Shown here piece by piece: positions 1-14,221 of a stretch of 64,000 nt of DNA. Position numbers and translations under genes: made by a program. The notes below the pieces were generated by a model that was not told the origin of the DNA, did not search any database, and saw only the letters and a program-made list of their open reading frames with translations. Numbering within the stretch: the stretch's first letter is position 1; every line of letters begins with the position of its first letter. Source of the DNA: Octopus vulgaris (Eukaryota); assembly GCA_951406725.2 (NCBI GenBank), contig OX597814.1:120032001-120096000 (forward strand), in the 5' to 3' direction.

Positions 1-1189
1 TCGCTCCTCGACGTAAAATTGCTGGCTTTATACCAACGCTAGGAGGAATCATTATTGTAAATATTTTCATCTTTAATATTACTCTTTGACCAAGTAAAGG
101 AAACGAAGTTTCTTGCACGCTCTGCCAATTCTCTTCAAGATATATTATTTTCAAATGTTTGTTTTTAAATAAGTTGATGGTCATACCTGAATATATATAT
201 ATATGACGTATTCAAGAATGGACTTACAAGTAAAATCATTTACCTAGATTTCTCCTAGATGTTGATGTATGTGTACTTAGCTATCAGTGAGACTAGCTTT
301 AAGGGACTCAAACTCTTGAGAAGTGGATAGCTGTGTGACAGGTATTGCTTAGATTTTTCCAAATTTGCCAATGTCATCTTACACAAACAGCATCGTATCA
401 TCCATTCTGATTATATGTAAAAAGAGATTTTATTAGGCTAAAATATATTGATTGCACAGATTTTCCGAAATTATAATGTTTCGCTACACAGGCCAAAATG
501 TTTTCAAACGTTCGTCAAATTTACAAGACATACAGGACTTAGCTCAGTTGCTGGAATCTCGATAGATGTTTTCTAGTAACTTATAAATATTTTCTAGCAA
601 GTTAATCAGGTGTGAATTCATGTGGTTTGTGTTCAACAACCGATGATAAATCACTCGTAAGATGAACATTAGAACAATGCAGTTGCTTTGAAGCCAACAG
701 AGAACGTATTATCGGAGGGAGGATGGTTCACATATTACAAAATGTATCAAAGGCGGTGAAAATATCACAATACCATTTGTAAACTTTCCTGTTATCTAAA
801 ATCAGGGATCTAGATTACAAACTAAGTATCAAATGGAGTTCAATTGTTTCGTGCAGGAAATCAATAACTTCGCAACAAAGCCATTATTCAATGTTCGGTG
901 GTAACCGATGTACGTGAACGAACTGATTCTAGATGTACTAAGATGCCACCGCCTCTTTAAATTTCTTTTAAGCATGAGGATAGTGATGCCACGCTAAATT
1001 ATTTCATCCATAAAAATTTGTTTCTGTCGGACTAAGAATTAGGCTGAATCATTGGCAAAGAGAGTATAGGAACAAAATATTCTTTTACTTAGGCTCTTTG
1101 AATTCTATGTCCAGCAGCGTCTACTCATCGGCTGCCCTAAATGCTCAGTTCTCAGAATCTATAGGTGTTCACTCTAGCAATACTATGTA

Positions 1190-1320
1190 ATTTGGTTATG
1201 CATATAGGAAACTGAGACATGAGAGAACGTCATCTGCATACGTGTACGGCATCAAATTCATATCGGTTGATATATAAAAGATTGAGATCGATGCTACAAC
1301 TCTCTAAGGTAGAAATTCGT
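1190..1320 (-). pseudogene. Very old non-LTR retrotransposon RT fragment
   Basis: Minus strand reads LLYIN(frameshift)DMNLMPYTYADDVL, resembling the LINE RT LYIND...YADD motifs; flanks too decayed to extend. Confidence 0.4.
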
Positions 1321-2704
1321 AACAGAAACACATTTACATAAGATCATTATGAAGTTTTATGATAAAGCCGTTGGGGAGAAAAATTAACAGCGGTCATCAT
1401 TTACAGCTGGACCTAAGTTGTGGGATGTTACTCAGCTTCTACTTTTGTTTAGATATCGACATCAATCAGAAATAAATCTAAGTTATGAGTAGTTTCCTCA
1501 TATTCATAAATAGAATGGATGTAATGTAGGACTAGTATTTTCACATTTTTTATATCGTTTGAGTCCTTCTGGTCAAATATCTATTTTGTACTAGCATCCT
1601 GTTAATATAGGACTAAATATTCTAGTAATAGAGATACGCTGAGACATGTTGGCATTTTTGAAAGCAGTGCTATCTATATGACAACCCTACTACATATTTC
1701 TCTACCATCTGGTATATCAGGTCTTCATATAATATACGGGTGAAAAAGTAGTCGATTGACACAAACCTTCGAGTGTTAAAGGGTTATGTGTACGCACAAA
1801 TATTATTCTAAGCATATATTTGTGCTATGTTGAAAATAAACCTACGAGACTATTTGGATGTGTGTTCAGTGAAAAACTATGGATAACTGTAGAATATTCA
1901 TGGATATTCATTGCTACCTAGATAATTGTTGATATGTAAATTGTAGGGAAACAATGTACCATGAGATAAGCCTAAGTTGAAACTTGATGTGACCGGGTTA
2001 CTAATCACACTTCACAAGAAATTCCCAATTACATCCAGCATTGTGTACATGGTCGATGCTCATATTCTTCTTGTTAAGACCTTGCTAAATGAAACTGTAA
2101 ATGATAAACTGAAAACAATAGTATCGATATATTTTGTTATAGTGCATGTATAGGACCCTCATCAAATGTTCCCTTTTCTGTAAGTTGTCCAAGTCAAAAC
2201 ACACACACACACACACGCAAACACACTTGTGCTTGTGTCTCTGTATGTATGTTTATTCATAATTTGAATTTGAGAAAATTTTGCTTAATTTTTACTGTTC
2301 CTCTTTCAAGGTCTATTTGGAATGTGCGCTAGCTGGTTGATTTCTACTGAAAACGCCAGCTTTTCCAAATTACAATGTCGGCATGTACTCACAAAAACAA
2401 GTGCAGCAATAAATGTAAATTTATAATCTGGTTATAGAAACTGAATGTTTCGAAAGATTTGTCCGTAGTTATTTTTGTCCTCTTCAATTCTCGAACTATG
2501 TACAACCTGTAATGTTTATATGTGACAGAAGTGCTGATGGGAGTATTTTACCACTTATCTTTGCGATGACCTTTATGTATGTATTCAGTAACAGAGTGAC
2601 TCACTATATTTAGTCCAGGACAGTCTTTTTTCCCGAATGACATATACATTGTTTTAGCAGTGACGTTATGTCGCATTGGGATGTAATATATATTGACATC
2701 AACT

Positions 2705-2905
2705 TTTAGCACAAGGCCAACAATTTCTAGAAAGGAGTAAATCAATTATATCGACCCCGGTGCCCGATTGGTACTTGCTTTATCCTTCTGGCGCGATGGA
2801 ACGCAAAGTCAATCTACGCGGTAGTTGCATTCCGAATAAGAAGCCAGATGAAATGCCACTAACCATTTTCTCGGCGTATTAACAATTCTGCCAGCTTGTC
2901 GCCTT
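2705..2905 (-). mobile_element. Diverged tRNA-derived SINE, family B
   Basis: Decayed match to the better copy at 25765-25996 (tcgacccc..., caaagtc, ctgccagctt/cgcct head end). Confidence 0.7.
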
Positions 2906-4319
2906 ACTGGGTGGTGGGTGTATGGGAGTCATATATTGATTTCAGATTTTGGCAGATGCTGAAACACAAGTGTGATGTATTCCATAGAAATGTGATATCA
3001 TTGGCGTACTTGTTGGAAGTTAAAGGGTTTTTTGTTTTTACTTCTTTGCTCATATCTTTTAAGCAATCTCTGATTTTGGATTGTAAACGCTTAACCTTCG
3101 AAGAGTCACAACTGCATTCCCTATTGATATGAATATCATACTCAAGTCTGCAGGAAATATAGCAACATATAGTCTCTGGATTGATGTTATATAGAAGGTC
3201 ATATAAGAATGAGTACTATTACTACTATTACTGTTTCATACGCGTATCCATATTCTTCCGTCTTTCTCCATCTTTTCCATAAATATAACACTGTATTTTA
3301 ATATCACTCTAAGTTTTCAGTACCCTTTTCATTTTCTTGTTCATTGTTTAGTCTTTCATATTTCCATACTTCGATCTTCTAGAATGCGTTGAATGTTTTC
3401 CCTTTTTTCATTTCTTTGTATAGTTGTATTTTATACACTCGTTCATCACGTGTTTTCTTATCATATTTTTTCTTTTTTTTTTCTTAGCACTATATCCATG
3501 TAACTTTATCCATGTCATATCATTCATTTATTGATTCGATCTCTCCTTTTTCCAGTTTGATTTTTTGTTACCTTTCGTAAATGTTTTATATGTTTCAACA
3601 CAATTTCTGCTATTCATTCAATATTCGAATCTTTATGTGCTTCGTAATTTATATATTTTACTTTCATGATATATTCTACTATCTATATACATATATATTG
3701 TAGTCTCACACTATACCTTTATATCTGTTGCTATAGTTCAATAACCTGTCACTCATCATTTTTTCCCCACTGATATACATAATGATAGACTGCACAACAC
3801 CTACGCAATTTTCCACTTTCAATTTCTTATCCTTACGTATACTTTTTTATTTACCGCCTAAATTTTAATAACAGCAAATACTGCGTTTATATATTTCTCC
3901 ATTTCTTCGTCACTCATTCTATACAGCATTTCTCCAATGGCTCAATAATAAACTGAATTTATATTTTCTCGTCATGTTTTCTCTCTACATGTTCTTCTGG
4001 TGATGCTGAAGTTATTAAGATTCCAACTCCAACAACTTTATAGTAAGATGTCTATCAGATTCTATATCTTAATTGATAAGCAAAATAAACATTTCTTTCG
4101 ATAGCCTGTACATACTAGTATTGCTTTACCGCTTTGATAAAAATAAACGCCCAACAAAATCTAATGTTTATGCTCTGAGCTTGGCACTATGCCAATCTCC
4201 AGTACATGATTACATAGTCTTCGACTCCTTTTCACTCTGTGGCTAGAGACACTTAAGATTGGCCAATATCCAAGCCACTTATTCAAGATTAATTGTTTCT
4301 TGCTTCCCTTGAACACACG

Positions 4320-4833
4320 CTAAATTTTTACTACATATTATTTATTTTATAAAAGAGTTTTTTTTTTTTTTTAAACAAAAAAAAAACATTTGTCTGGCTT
4401 TTACTTGCATATAAGTTTATTTTGTGGAAAATTGTTGCTGTGGATTTCTAGATTTTAATAATCTGTCTGAGGCCTATACATGTACAAAACGTACATATTG
4501 CACAAGTAATTTAGTAATCAAATCAGTCAAATATTAGGAGAGCGTTAGTATTAATTATTTATTTAGAATGTGAAATAATGAATATTATTAACTTCCATTG
4601 TCCAAATATTATACTGTTTTCTTCGAATCTAATTTGTATTCATTCTATTTTTATCATATTATACGGTTTTATTTCATTTGTGCTATGTTTTGTTTAATAT
4701 TTCTTTCTTTCTTTCTCTTTTCTCTCCCCTCTATGTATGTAAGTATGTGTGTATGTATTTATGTATGTATATATATATATGTATATATATATATGTATGT
4801 ATTTATGTATGTATATGTATGTATTTATGTATG

Positions 4834-4884
<51 letters not shown>

Positions 4885-4939
4885 CATAATTGAGCATATA
4901 AACGTTTATCTGTGTATGTATATTTGTATATACGCATTA

Positions 4940-4971
<32 letters not shown>

Positions 4972-5863
4972 GTCTACGTATGTATGTGTATATATACATA
5001 TATATCTAACGCACATATATGCATCTGCGCATGCATAAATATGTGCTTGTGTCTTTGTGTCTGTATGTCTCTGTGCATTCGTGTTTGTGAACGTGTATGT
5101 TGTTATTGGAAAATAATGTTTATTCCTTCATTCGCAGCTGCGACTGCAGTTCCACTAAATTCTGGTTACTGTCTGTATCCTTGTCACGTTCTTGGCGTTG
5201 ATAAACAGATGATTTTGTCTAGTGAGGTGTCTCTTTGCCAGGGGTCAGTTTGTCTGCGGCATAGTATAAAGACACATTGTTTGCTTGTTTTTTTTTTTTT
5301 CGTTTCTATTTAATACAAATTATATTTTTAGTGCAAGTTTTCAACAAGCAATGTAGCGTAAATGCATCTGCATCGGAGGTTCTAAACATGGTGAAAGTTA
5401 TATCATCGACTATTTGATTACTTCTGAATCAGTAACAAGTTATGATACACAATAGAATTGGCCATACACTACGGTCTATTTCTTTTCAATTTGAATTCGG
5501 TAGAAAGAATCAAAACTTCGTATTTAGGAGAAAATTGTTTATTTCAATTTGTAGGCTGGCGTAAACAATATACTTGTAAACATTATCTCTCTTCAAATTA
5601 AACATTTTTGTACAAAATAATTGTTTTACAGCAGAAGTTTTAAAACAGCTTTTGGTTGGCTTTTTCTTGCATATAATTTAACTTTGTGGAAATTCTGGCG
5701 GCAGATTTTACATGCACTTCTGATTCCGAATGAATTACATATAGAAAAAGATATATTAACTAGACAAAAAATAACCAAAACTGATTGAAAATATAAAAGA
5801 AAACATTATCGCTTATTATGAATTTAGAATGTGGAGAATAAAAATATATGATTAATCTCCATT
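4320..5863 (+). repeat. Diverged ~280-bp direct repeat (about 4320-4600 and 5580-5863)
   Basis: Shared blocks tggctttt.cttgcatataa.ttta..ttgtggaaa and atttagaatgtg...attaa.tccattg at both positions. Confidence 0.65.
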
Positions 5864-5986
5864 GATGTAGCAAAATGGGCTTTCGGTTGAATATGGCTAT
5901 CATTCATTCAGTTGAACCGCAATTTGATTGTTTTATATACATCTCTCCTTCACACCCACACGCGCGCGCACACACTCATACACACG

Positions 5987-6037
<51 letters not shown>

Positions 6038-6059
6038 CATTTATACTTACATATATATA

Positions 6060-6095
<36 letters not shown>

Positions 6096-6129
6096 TGTAT
6101 GTATGCATGCATGTATGTATGTATGTATG

Positions 6130-6160
<31 letters not shown>

Positions 6161-7342
6161 AAATGCATTTAATTACTTTTTAAAACCAAAATGATAATAC
6201 AGGTCTATGCCAATTTCTGTTACCTTGTATATCACCATTTCAGGTATAGAACAATATCTTCAGGATATAAAAAAGAAAACAAAATGTACAATTTCCTCAT
6301 GTTACTTTCTGTAGTTACACTGGAAAGCGGGATGACTAGGTGTAACATTTCCGTGGTTTTTAATTAAAAAAATTTTTCTTATTTTTGAGGAAAGAAGCAT
6401 TATCATAGAGGTATTCGTTAACCCACATGTGTATTTGCCCTGTGCTACCTCTGACATAAAATTCCTTCCATATTCTATACGATTTTATACGTCACGCACG
6501 ACCACAGTTTCATCTTTAACCGGGCACATGGGCAAAGTACATATTGTGCTGTTTTGATTTCGTCTGGTCTGAGGAAAAAGGTTTCAGTGTGCCAGTCGTA
6601 TATTCATACCAGTCTCACGTGTAGGGCGCTTATTGCAGAAGTTGTGTTGATTTTTTATTTAAAATGTGATATTTTCAAAATTACAAAACATGTCCTTCGG
6701 TGTGTGGGTTTATTTAAATATACAGGTGATGCCCTGTTGTTTGCTGAAAGAGTATGAATAGCCATTCTCCATCAAAAGGTTTTTGAATTATATGGTGTTA
6801 GTGTTTTCGCTGCCTGCCTCGTTTCATTTACAGCGTTTGACGGCATTCAACTCCGCATATAAAAAAAAACCCTATCCCCGATGCTTTAAAGTTCCTGCCG
6901 ATTCAATATACTTACATAGTTTAATATATGTGAATATCTAACATTGTTGACATAATACCGTATAGTCAAACTTAAAATGCAATACGTTTTGCCAATTATC
7001 AGATTATCAAAATTAATAATTCGGAAGATATTTGTTTACAATGAGAATTCACCTCATATGAAAGTTCTATTTCACTTTTAGCCACTCCACCATCGTATTA
7101 ATTTGTAATCACAAATACAATCACCCTGTTTTATTATTGTATTAAATCGTAACAAATAAGATAAATTAAGTATTCAAATAGACTCATTATGTGTATAAAA
7201 TCTATTTTCCTGTTTGTATAAATCTAACTATCTATATTCTCGATGAATTTCTCCAATATTCCTGTCTCTCCCACTAATATTTTATATACATACATACATA
7301 CATGCGTACACACACACACACATATATATATATACACACACA

Positions 7343-7398
<56 letters not shown>

Positions 7399-7453
7399 TA
7401 TGCACACATATATATGTGTATTTATATCCATGTGTATACATATATATATATAA

Positions 7454-7500
<47 letters not shown>

Positions 7501-8194
7501 CATATGTACATATATACATATATATACATATATATATATTTATATTTATATACATGTACATATGTATTTGTGTGCGCACATAAAAATATATAATATATCA
7601 TATGTGTGCGAGTGTATGTGTGTGTATTGATGTATGTATATAATAAATACTTTCCCGTTTACTTGGAGAGAAAGAGAAAGAGGGAGACTGATGCAGAGAG
7701 GGGGGAAGTCAATAAAAGTGTGGTAAGGAGAAAGAGAGTAACGAAGAAAGGGAGTGTTCTTCATTGTTTTTCTCTTCTGTCTATTTAAAATGCAAATATC
7801 ACCGTGCCTGTTTCTCTATATACAAACAATGTAAACATATGCTGGAAATCTGTTGAACGGTCTAGGTGGGGGTTGATGTCTGCAACGGAAACTGCTTAGA
7901 ATTATAATCCACAAGCTATTTGTAAACTGCAATTAACGATATATCATATGTCATTCAATCGTTCCTTCTTTTACCATACATAAACAGATGCGTATGGATG
8001 TGTGAAGGCGTGTAGAAATAAACGTTGATGAATTGCATTTATGTCTAATTTCAGATTTTAATGTGAAACTAAATTCATCTTTAATTATATCATAATTTTT
8101 GTTATTATTCCTGAAGCCGAATTATTTTAATGATATCGTAAGATGGGAATGCTCATATACTGAAATAGTCCCTGGCATCTACATCTTAGTATCT

Positions 8195-9452
8195 TTACAA
8201 GCATTGCCTCAGACCAACCTCTGGAGAAATTCTTTAGACTCAGGTTAGATACCGAAACAGCTCCTAACCCAGCCTGTTATCCCGGTTTTCAAACAGAGAA
8301 ACAGATCCCTCGCAGTCAACTATCGCCCAATCTCGCTCACCTCCCATATCATTGATGTGTTTGAAAGACTGGTAAGATCAAATATAGATGGCTTCCTGGA
8401 GATCCACAAACTCCTATATGCAAATCAGTATGGCTTTCGCCGTGGCGGAGACTGTCTAACACAGCTCTCACACCACATTGAGGATATACTTAAAGCCTTG
8501 GGAACAGGTTCGAACTCTGATATCATACATCTTGACTTCTGTAAAGCATTCGGCAGGGTCGACTATATTTTACTCTCAAAATTAGCAAATGTTGGAATCC
8601 GTGGAAAACTTCTACATTGTATTGACTATTTCTTGGCGAATAGAAGACAACGTGTTGTGGTTGATGTAGTCCACAAAAGCCCAGCAAAAGTTACTAGTAG
8701 TGTCCCTCAGAAGACTGTCATGAGCCAGCTCCTCTTTATAATCTACATAAACGACCTTTCCAGCCTCGTAAATCACTGCAAATTGAAAATATTTGCTGAT
8801 GACACTAAGCTCCAGCAATTCATCAATGAAGAAGACCGGACCCTAACACTAGTCTGATCTAAATGCTGTGAATCAATGGGCAGACAAAAACAAAATGCAA
8901 CTAAACGAGAGGACATTTTAGCTGATGCATTTTGGAAGGAAATCTATACTAAAACAGCCATACTCTCTTTCTTCAGGGGAACCGCTCACAGAATCCAATA
9001 ATATCAGCGATCTAGTTGATATCAGCGATCTAGTTGAAAACAATAAATCTCTGTTGCAGTGCCCACACCAACAATAAGGTCGATAAACTCGTAGGATTAG
9101 CTCCTGGATATTGAGAACCATCCGGTCCGGAGAACAATATATCATCATTCCAATTTTCTCCACCTTTTTCAGGCCACACCTCCAATAGTGCTACACCAGT
9201 GGTCTCAAAGATTGAATCACCCCAGTGGGCACTCACTAAACAAATTAATGGCCTTAAAGCCTTGAAACTCACTCCAGCGCCGCCGCAAGCGGTACATCAT
9301 TTTCACGATGTGGAGAATATACCGGCAGCATTGTCCAAACGACTTGAAGATTAGTTTCAAGATTCATCCAAATCTGGGACCACAGGACATGCGTACCCTG
9401 CCCAATTCAGGATCACAACATATAGGTCCACTGCGACATAATTTCTTTTCCT
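8195..9452 (+). mobile_element. CR1-group LINE, truncated RT pseudogene
   Basis: VIPVFK...NYRPISLTS, QYGFRRG, LDFCKAF, VPQ..V...LLFIIYIND, IFADDTK, then thumb region with stops and frameshifts. Confidence 0.9.
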
Positions 9453-9496
9453 CATGTATGTATGTAGGTATGTATGTATGTATATGTTTATATCTC

Positions 9497-9608
<112 letters not shown>

Positions 9609-9768
9609 TGAGAAAGTTGGTGTGTGAAAGCACGAGGTTGAATATATAGAAAATAGTAAAAAGTGAAAAAACTACAGAAGGCTTGTTTTAAAAGGTTAAA
9701 AAATATATATTTGAGTCATTATGTCTGAAGAATGTTATAAATTTTTTCATACAATGACATAGTTTCTG

Positions 9769-9808
9769 AAGAAATGACCGGTTTCGCGTTCAGCTTTTCA
9801 AATTTCTT
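9769..9808 (-). ncRNA. Minimal type I hammerhead motif, U3-A8 core variant
   Basis: AAGAAAU-UUGAAAA-GC(UGAAC)GC-GAAACCGGUC-AUUUCUU: 7-bp stem I, self-complementary ACCGGU stem III, GUC triplet. Confidence 0.75.
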
Positions 9809-10313
9809 ACATCGTTATGTTTACGTTGAGAAGTGTGAGGTAGAATTCCAGATAAGGGGAGGTAATAATTGATTTCTTTTGGTGTAAGGGAGATAATCGC
9901 TTAATATTTCTTGCCTTTTTTTGGAGTGAGTTTATCTGTATAAGAATGTTGGAATAGTTAAGTTTGGGCTTGTATTTTTCAATGAAGAATGTTTCCTTGT
10001 TTAGTCTAATGCACACTGCATCGACAACAGATTGCATTCCCAGAATACAGAATGATACCCTTTAGTGAGCACATTGAGAAATGCGCAAAGCAACTACTAC
10101 CACAATTTTTAATCTTTCCATTTTACCAATGTGCTATCGGAACACCAACACAAATTAGACTAAACAAGGAAACATTCTTCATTGAAAAATACAAGCCCAA
10201 ACTTAACCATTCCAACATTAAGCGATTATCTCACTTACACCGAAGAAAATCACTTATTACCCCCCCTTATCTGGAACTCTTCTTCACACTTCTCAACGTA
10301 AACATAACGATGT

Positions 10314-10353
10314 AAGAAAATTGAAAAGCTGAACGCGAAACCGGTCATTTCTT
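10314..10353 (+). ncRNA. Minimal type I hammerhead motif, U3-A8 variant (mirror copy)
   Basis: AAGAAAA-UUGAAAA-GC(UGAAC)GC-GAAACCGGUC-AUUUCUU, just downstream of the GIY-YIG coding end. Confidence 0.7.
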
Positions 10354-10472
10354 CAAAAACTATGTCATTGTATGAAAAAAATTTATAATATTCTTCAGAC
10401 ATAATGACACAAATATATATTTTTTAACCTTTTAAAACAAGCCTTCTGTAGTTTTTTCACTTTTTACTATTT

Positions 10473-10540
<68 letters not shown>

Positions 10541-10605
10541 GTTAGACATGGCCTGGACCAATCTTTGGTCGAAACATATCTAAGTTTTATCTAAGTTTAT
10601 ATATG

Positions 10606-10638
<33 letters not shown>

Positions 10639-10649
10639 GTATATATATG

Positions 10650-10732
<83 letters not shown>

Positions 10733-10857
10733 ATCAAGGAACAGCCATCCTTGATCGTGATGTTGAACTTATAAATGGTCTATGAATATTTAATTTTTTC
10801 CCGCTAGGCCGCTGGTGGCAAAAAAATTCTACAAAATTTTTTGCCACCCTATATTGA

Positions 10858-10928
<71 letters not shown>

Positions 10929-11271
10929 TATGTAAATGCATGATGTATGTTTATGTACTGTATCACTGAAGAGACTAGACCATTAGTTGCTGTTATACAC
11001 TGCTAGCCACCATGCATTTCGAATTCTTTCTTGATTTCTCCATTCTTTTCCATCTTGATTGAATCATGTTTCCATCGTTGTGGAAAAATTCCGAGTGGTG
11101 GTTTTGCGATCTCTTTCATGCCACACGGCAACTGGACTGGTCCACCTGTTGTGTGTGAATCTTATGACATGAATAGCTCAGCGGTACTCGCACTCCGTTC
11201 TCGAATCATCTCAATTCGAATATGCTTTCGGTGTACACCCACACACTCACACCCACACATGTACATACACA

Positions 11272-11352
<81 letters not shown>

Positions 11353-11969
11353 AATTTATGGAACACGAAGCTTGTAATCAATCATCGTAGATATAGCTTC
11401 AATTAAAAATTGTCTCATTCTTTCAGCCAGCTTCCGAAAGGTTTGAAACGACACCCAGCTAATCTTCCCTAACGCTGCACGTTCATTAGAGGTGCTTATT
11501 TCATTCCAACCACAGAGAGCATATATTACAATTAGTTTGAAATAAATCCGTATTAAGAACTACTACAGTCTTTTATAATGCCTGTATCGCCTTATTTGTT
11601 GAACCTATAAACCAGTTGTCTAAATGATTGACACAGGATTATTGAGGATACTTTTTTAAAAATACATTTACATTCGTTAGGTTGTATTTAACGCATAATT
11701 ACTAAGCTCCTTATAAAAGTAATTACAAATATATGATGGAGCTCGCTATCTCAAGACATTATTTACATAATACAGCAAGCAATATTTCTATTGATATTCA
11801 TATGTGAACATTAGCGATGTGTATAAGTCAAACAAAAAAGCTGGAACGTAACACTTGCAAGACAAAATATGTACTAGCAATTTAATTTATGAACATGACT
11901 ATACGTTTATTCCAATATTGTTTATTGCAATTTATTTTAATGCTAGTTATAAACAAAAATTGGTGATAC

Positions 11970-12230
11970 ACGGGCATATAGCGTAGTGGTTAAGAGCGCG
12001 GCCTACTAACTCCAAGATTCTGACTTCGATTCCAGATAGTGAGCTGAATAATAATAATAATAATAATAATAGTATTAATAACATCGAAAAATACCTTAGG
12101 AATGAGAGACAAGGTTCGAAATTTCCTCAAGACACCTGATGAACGCTAGAGGGAGTATCAGACGAAACGTTGTGTTAACAACAAACAAGATCAGAACAAA
12201 TATCCATCCGTCAATTGTAAATAATGTGAA
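11970..12230 (+). mobile_element. tRNA-headed SINE-like element with a hammerhead-bearing tail
   Basis: A box tagcgtagtgg and B box ttcgattcc, then (AAT)n, then GACAC-CTGATGA...GAAAC-GTT-GTGTT (12131-12176). The tail recurs inverted at 58430-58610. Confidence 0.7.
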
Positions 12231-12664
12231 CACTGGTCAATTTGGTAGCTTAAACTGTGTATAGAATCACCGCTTGGAATAAGTTCATAAGCTCTATAAC
12301 TGTCTTTATTCTAATTGTTTTTAGTTGCATACAAAATAATTAAAATACTGCTTGTCTTGAAGCTCTACATAAACATCGTAGAATTGCTGTTTAATGTATC
12401 ACTTTATTTACAATAATCATGTTAATTTGTACTGTAGTTTGAACAAGAAAAACAGTTTAGTCTGGAAGAAAGAATATTAGAGTAAAATTTAATTTTAGGA
12501 TTTATATTTTTTTAAAAATAAGTTTTACACATTGTCGCATTGTATGTTCTATACTGCTTTAATTGAACTATCAGTCTGGATGAAGCAAAAAACTCAGGGA
12601 ATCAACATTTTCAGAACAAGTGTGCAGGATAATTTTAAAAGCGTTTTATCAAATTAGTCTGAAT

Positions 12665-13040
12665 TTATTCTTTTCTACTCTAGGCACAAGGTCTGAAATT
12701 TTTAGGGGAAGGGACCAGTCGATTAGATCGACACCAATACGCAACTGATACTTAATTTATCGACCCCGAAAGGATAAAAGGCAAATTTCACCACGCCGGA
12801 ATTTCAACTCAGAACGTATGAAATACCGCTAAGCATTTCGTCCGGCGCGCTAACGTTTCTTATTTCTTTATTGCCCACAAGGGGCTAAAAATAGAGGGGA
12901 CAAATAAGTACAGACAAACAAGTACAGACAAAGGGATTAAAGTCACAAACGGTGGAATTTCAACTCAGGACATAACGGCTGACAGAATACCGCTAAGAAT
13001 TTCGCCCGGCATGCTAACGATACTTATTTCTTTATTGCCC
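12665..13040 (-). mobile_element. Composite/tandem SINE family B copies
   Basis: atcgaccccgaaaggataaaaggcaaa...gaatttcaactcag...ataccgctaagcatttcgtccggcgcgctaacg, with the head segment occurring twice. Confidence 0.85.
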
Positions 13041-13059
13041 AATGAAATCTACAAGCTCT

Positions 13060-13222
13060 TTATCCTTCTCTCTCTGTTTATTTTCCCTTATTCCTTTCTG
13101 TTGAAAAGCGCAGGCTCGAAACGTAAAATACTTTTTCATTCTTGCGGAGCGTCAAACATTTGCACTTGCTTGTTGTTCACAAACCTGTCTTCGTCTTTTG
13201 TTTTACTATTAATTTAAACTAT
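13060..13222 (+). mobile_element. Short HHR-bearing repeat (related to 31270-31480), decayed
   Basis: TTT-CTGTTGA-AAAGCGCAGGCTC-GAAAC-GTA-AAA at 13095-13128, followed by gagcgtc and a T-rich tail as in the 31270 copy. Confidence 0.6.
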
Positions 13223-14159
13223 ATATGTGTGTGTATGTGTGTGTGTGTGTGTGTGTATGTGTGTGTGTGTGTATGCGTGCGCGCGTGTTTGCCTATATGA
13301 GTGCGTATTATTATGAATATTATTGTAGTTATACATAGCACTGCTTGTTTTCAGTTTACACCGAGCGGGATGTGCCTTTAATTGTTGCATATATATGTGC
13401 CAAGTCTGTCAATGACTTAAGCAAAACTTTCTCTAACTTTAACTTCGTCATGCTTTGTCTTTGATGCAGGTGTTCCTCGTTGGTACATTTAGATCAATTT
13501 AAAGGTTTTGCAAATATATTTTGCTATCTATTTTGTTTCTCAAAAATTAATAGTATTGGAAATACTTTTCTCTGAAAGAAACAAAGCAACAGACAGTTAT
13601 CAACATAAATTTAATTAACCCTACTGTCCAGCCACTATTATCAGTAAGAGTTGGACGAACTCCAGCTTATTTAAATAGAACAAAATTTATATAATTCTTC
13701 TTAAAGGGAACACTATTCGAGAGAAGTTACAAATATCGGAATGTAATATTAATTTAGAAGGAAACAGATAAATCGGAATAGAGAAAAATACTTATTTACT
13801 ATGGCGATGTGATCAATATCAGATAGCTAGGCTGCCTTACAATATTGTTTAAACAGAGTTTGGTTGATCATACCGACAAAGTGAGAAGCCAGACAAACTG
13901 TTTAATGTATTCGGCATTTTCCTTTCTTTTTCTCGATTTCCGCCTGGGTCGATTAATCAAATGCCACTGATATATAGATGTTGATTCACAACACTCTACA
14001 CCTATCCATCAGATATTGAACTCCTGCTAGTGAGAGGAAGATATTGTACGTCTGCTAGTCAAAGGAAATATTCAATCCTCACGGGCGTTGGACTTTACAG
14101 CACATTATCAGGAAACTTATAAGTTTCTTTACTTATAACAATAGCTAATAATATATATT

Positions 14160-14221
<62 letters not shown>

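Larger units (their letters stand above)
9648..10475. mobile_element. Penelope-like element: 5'-truncated GIY-YIG C-terminus with inverted pseudo-LTRs
   Basis: Arms 9648-10010 and 10154-10475 are near-identical inverted copies (left arm has ~42 extra nt). Plus strand from ~10013 reads TLHRQQIAFPEYRMIPFSEHIEKC...FLIFPFY...RLNKETFFIEKYKPKLN, a PLE GIY-YIG end. (TA)n on both flanks. Confidence 0.85.

Noticed and set aside
10540-10585. ttaga...gacca(atctt)tggtc-gaaac-ata-tctaa looks like HHR stems I and II
   Set aside because: The segment where CUGANGA should lie (catggcctg) does not fit the core.
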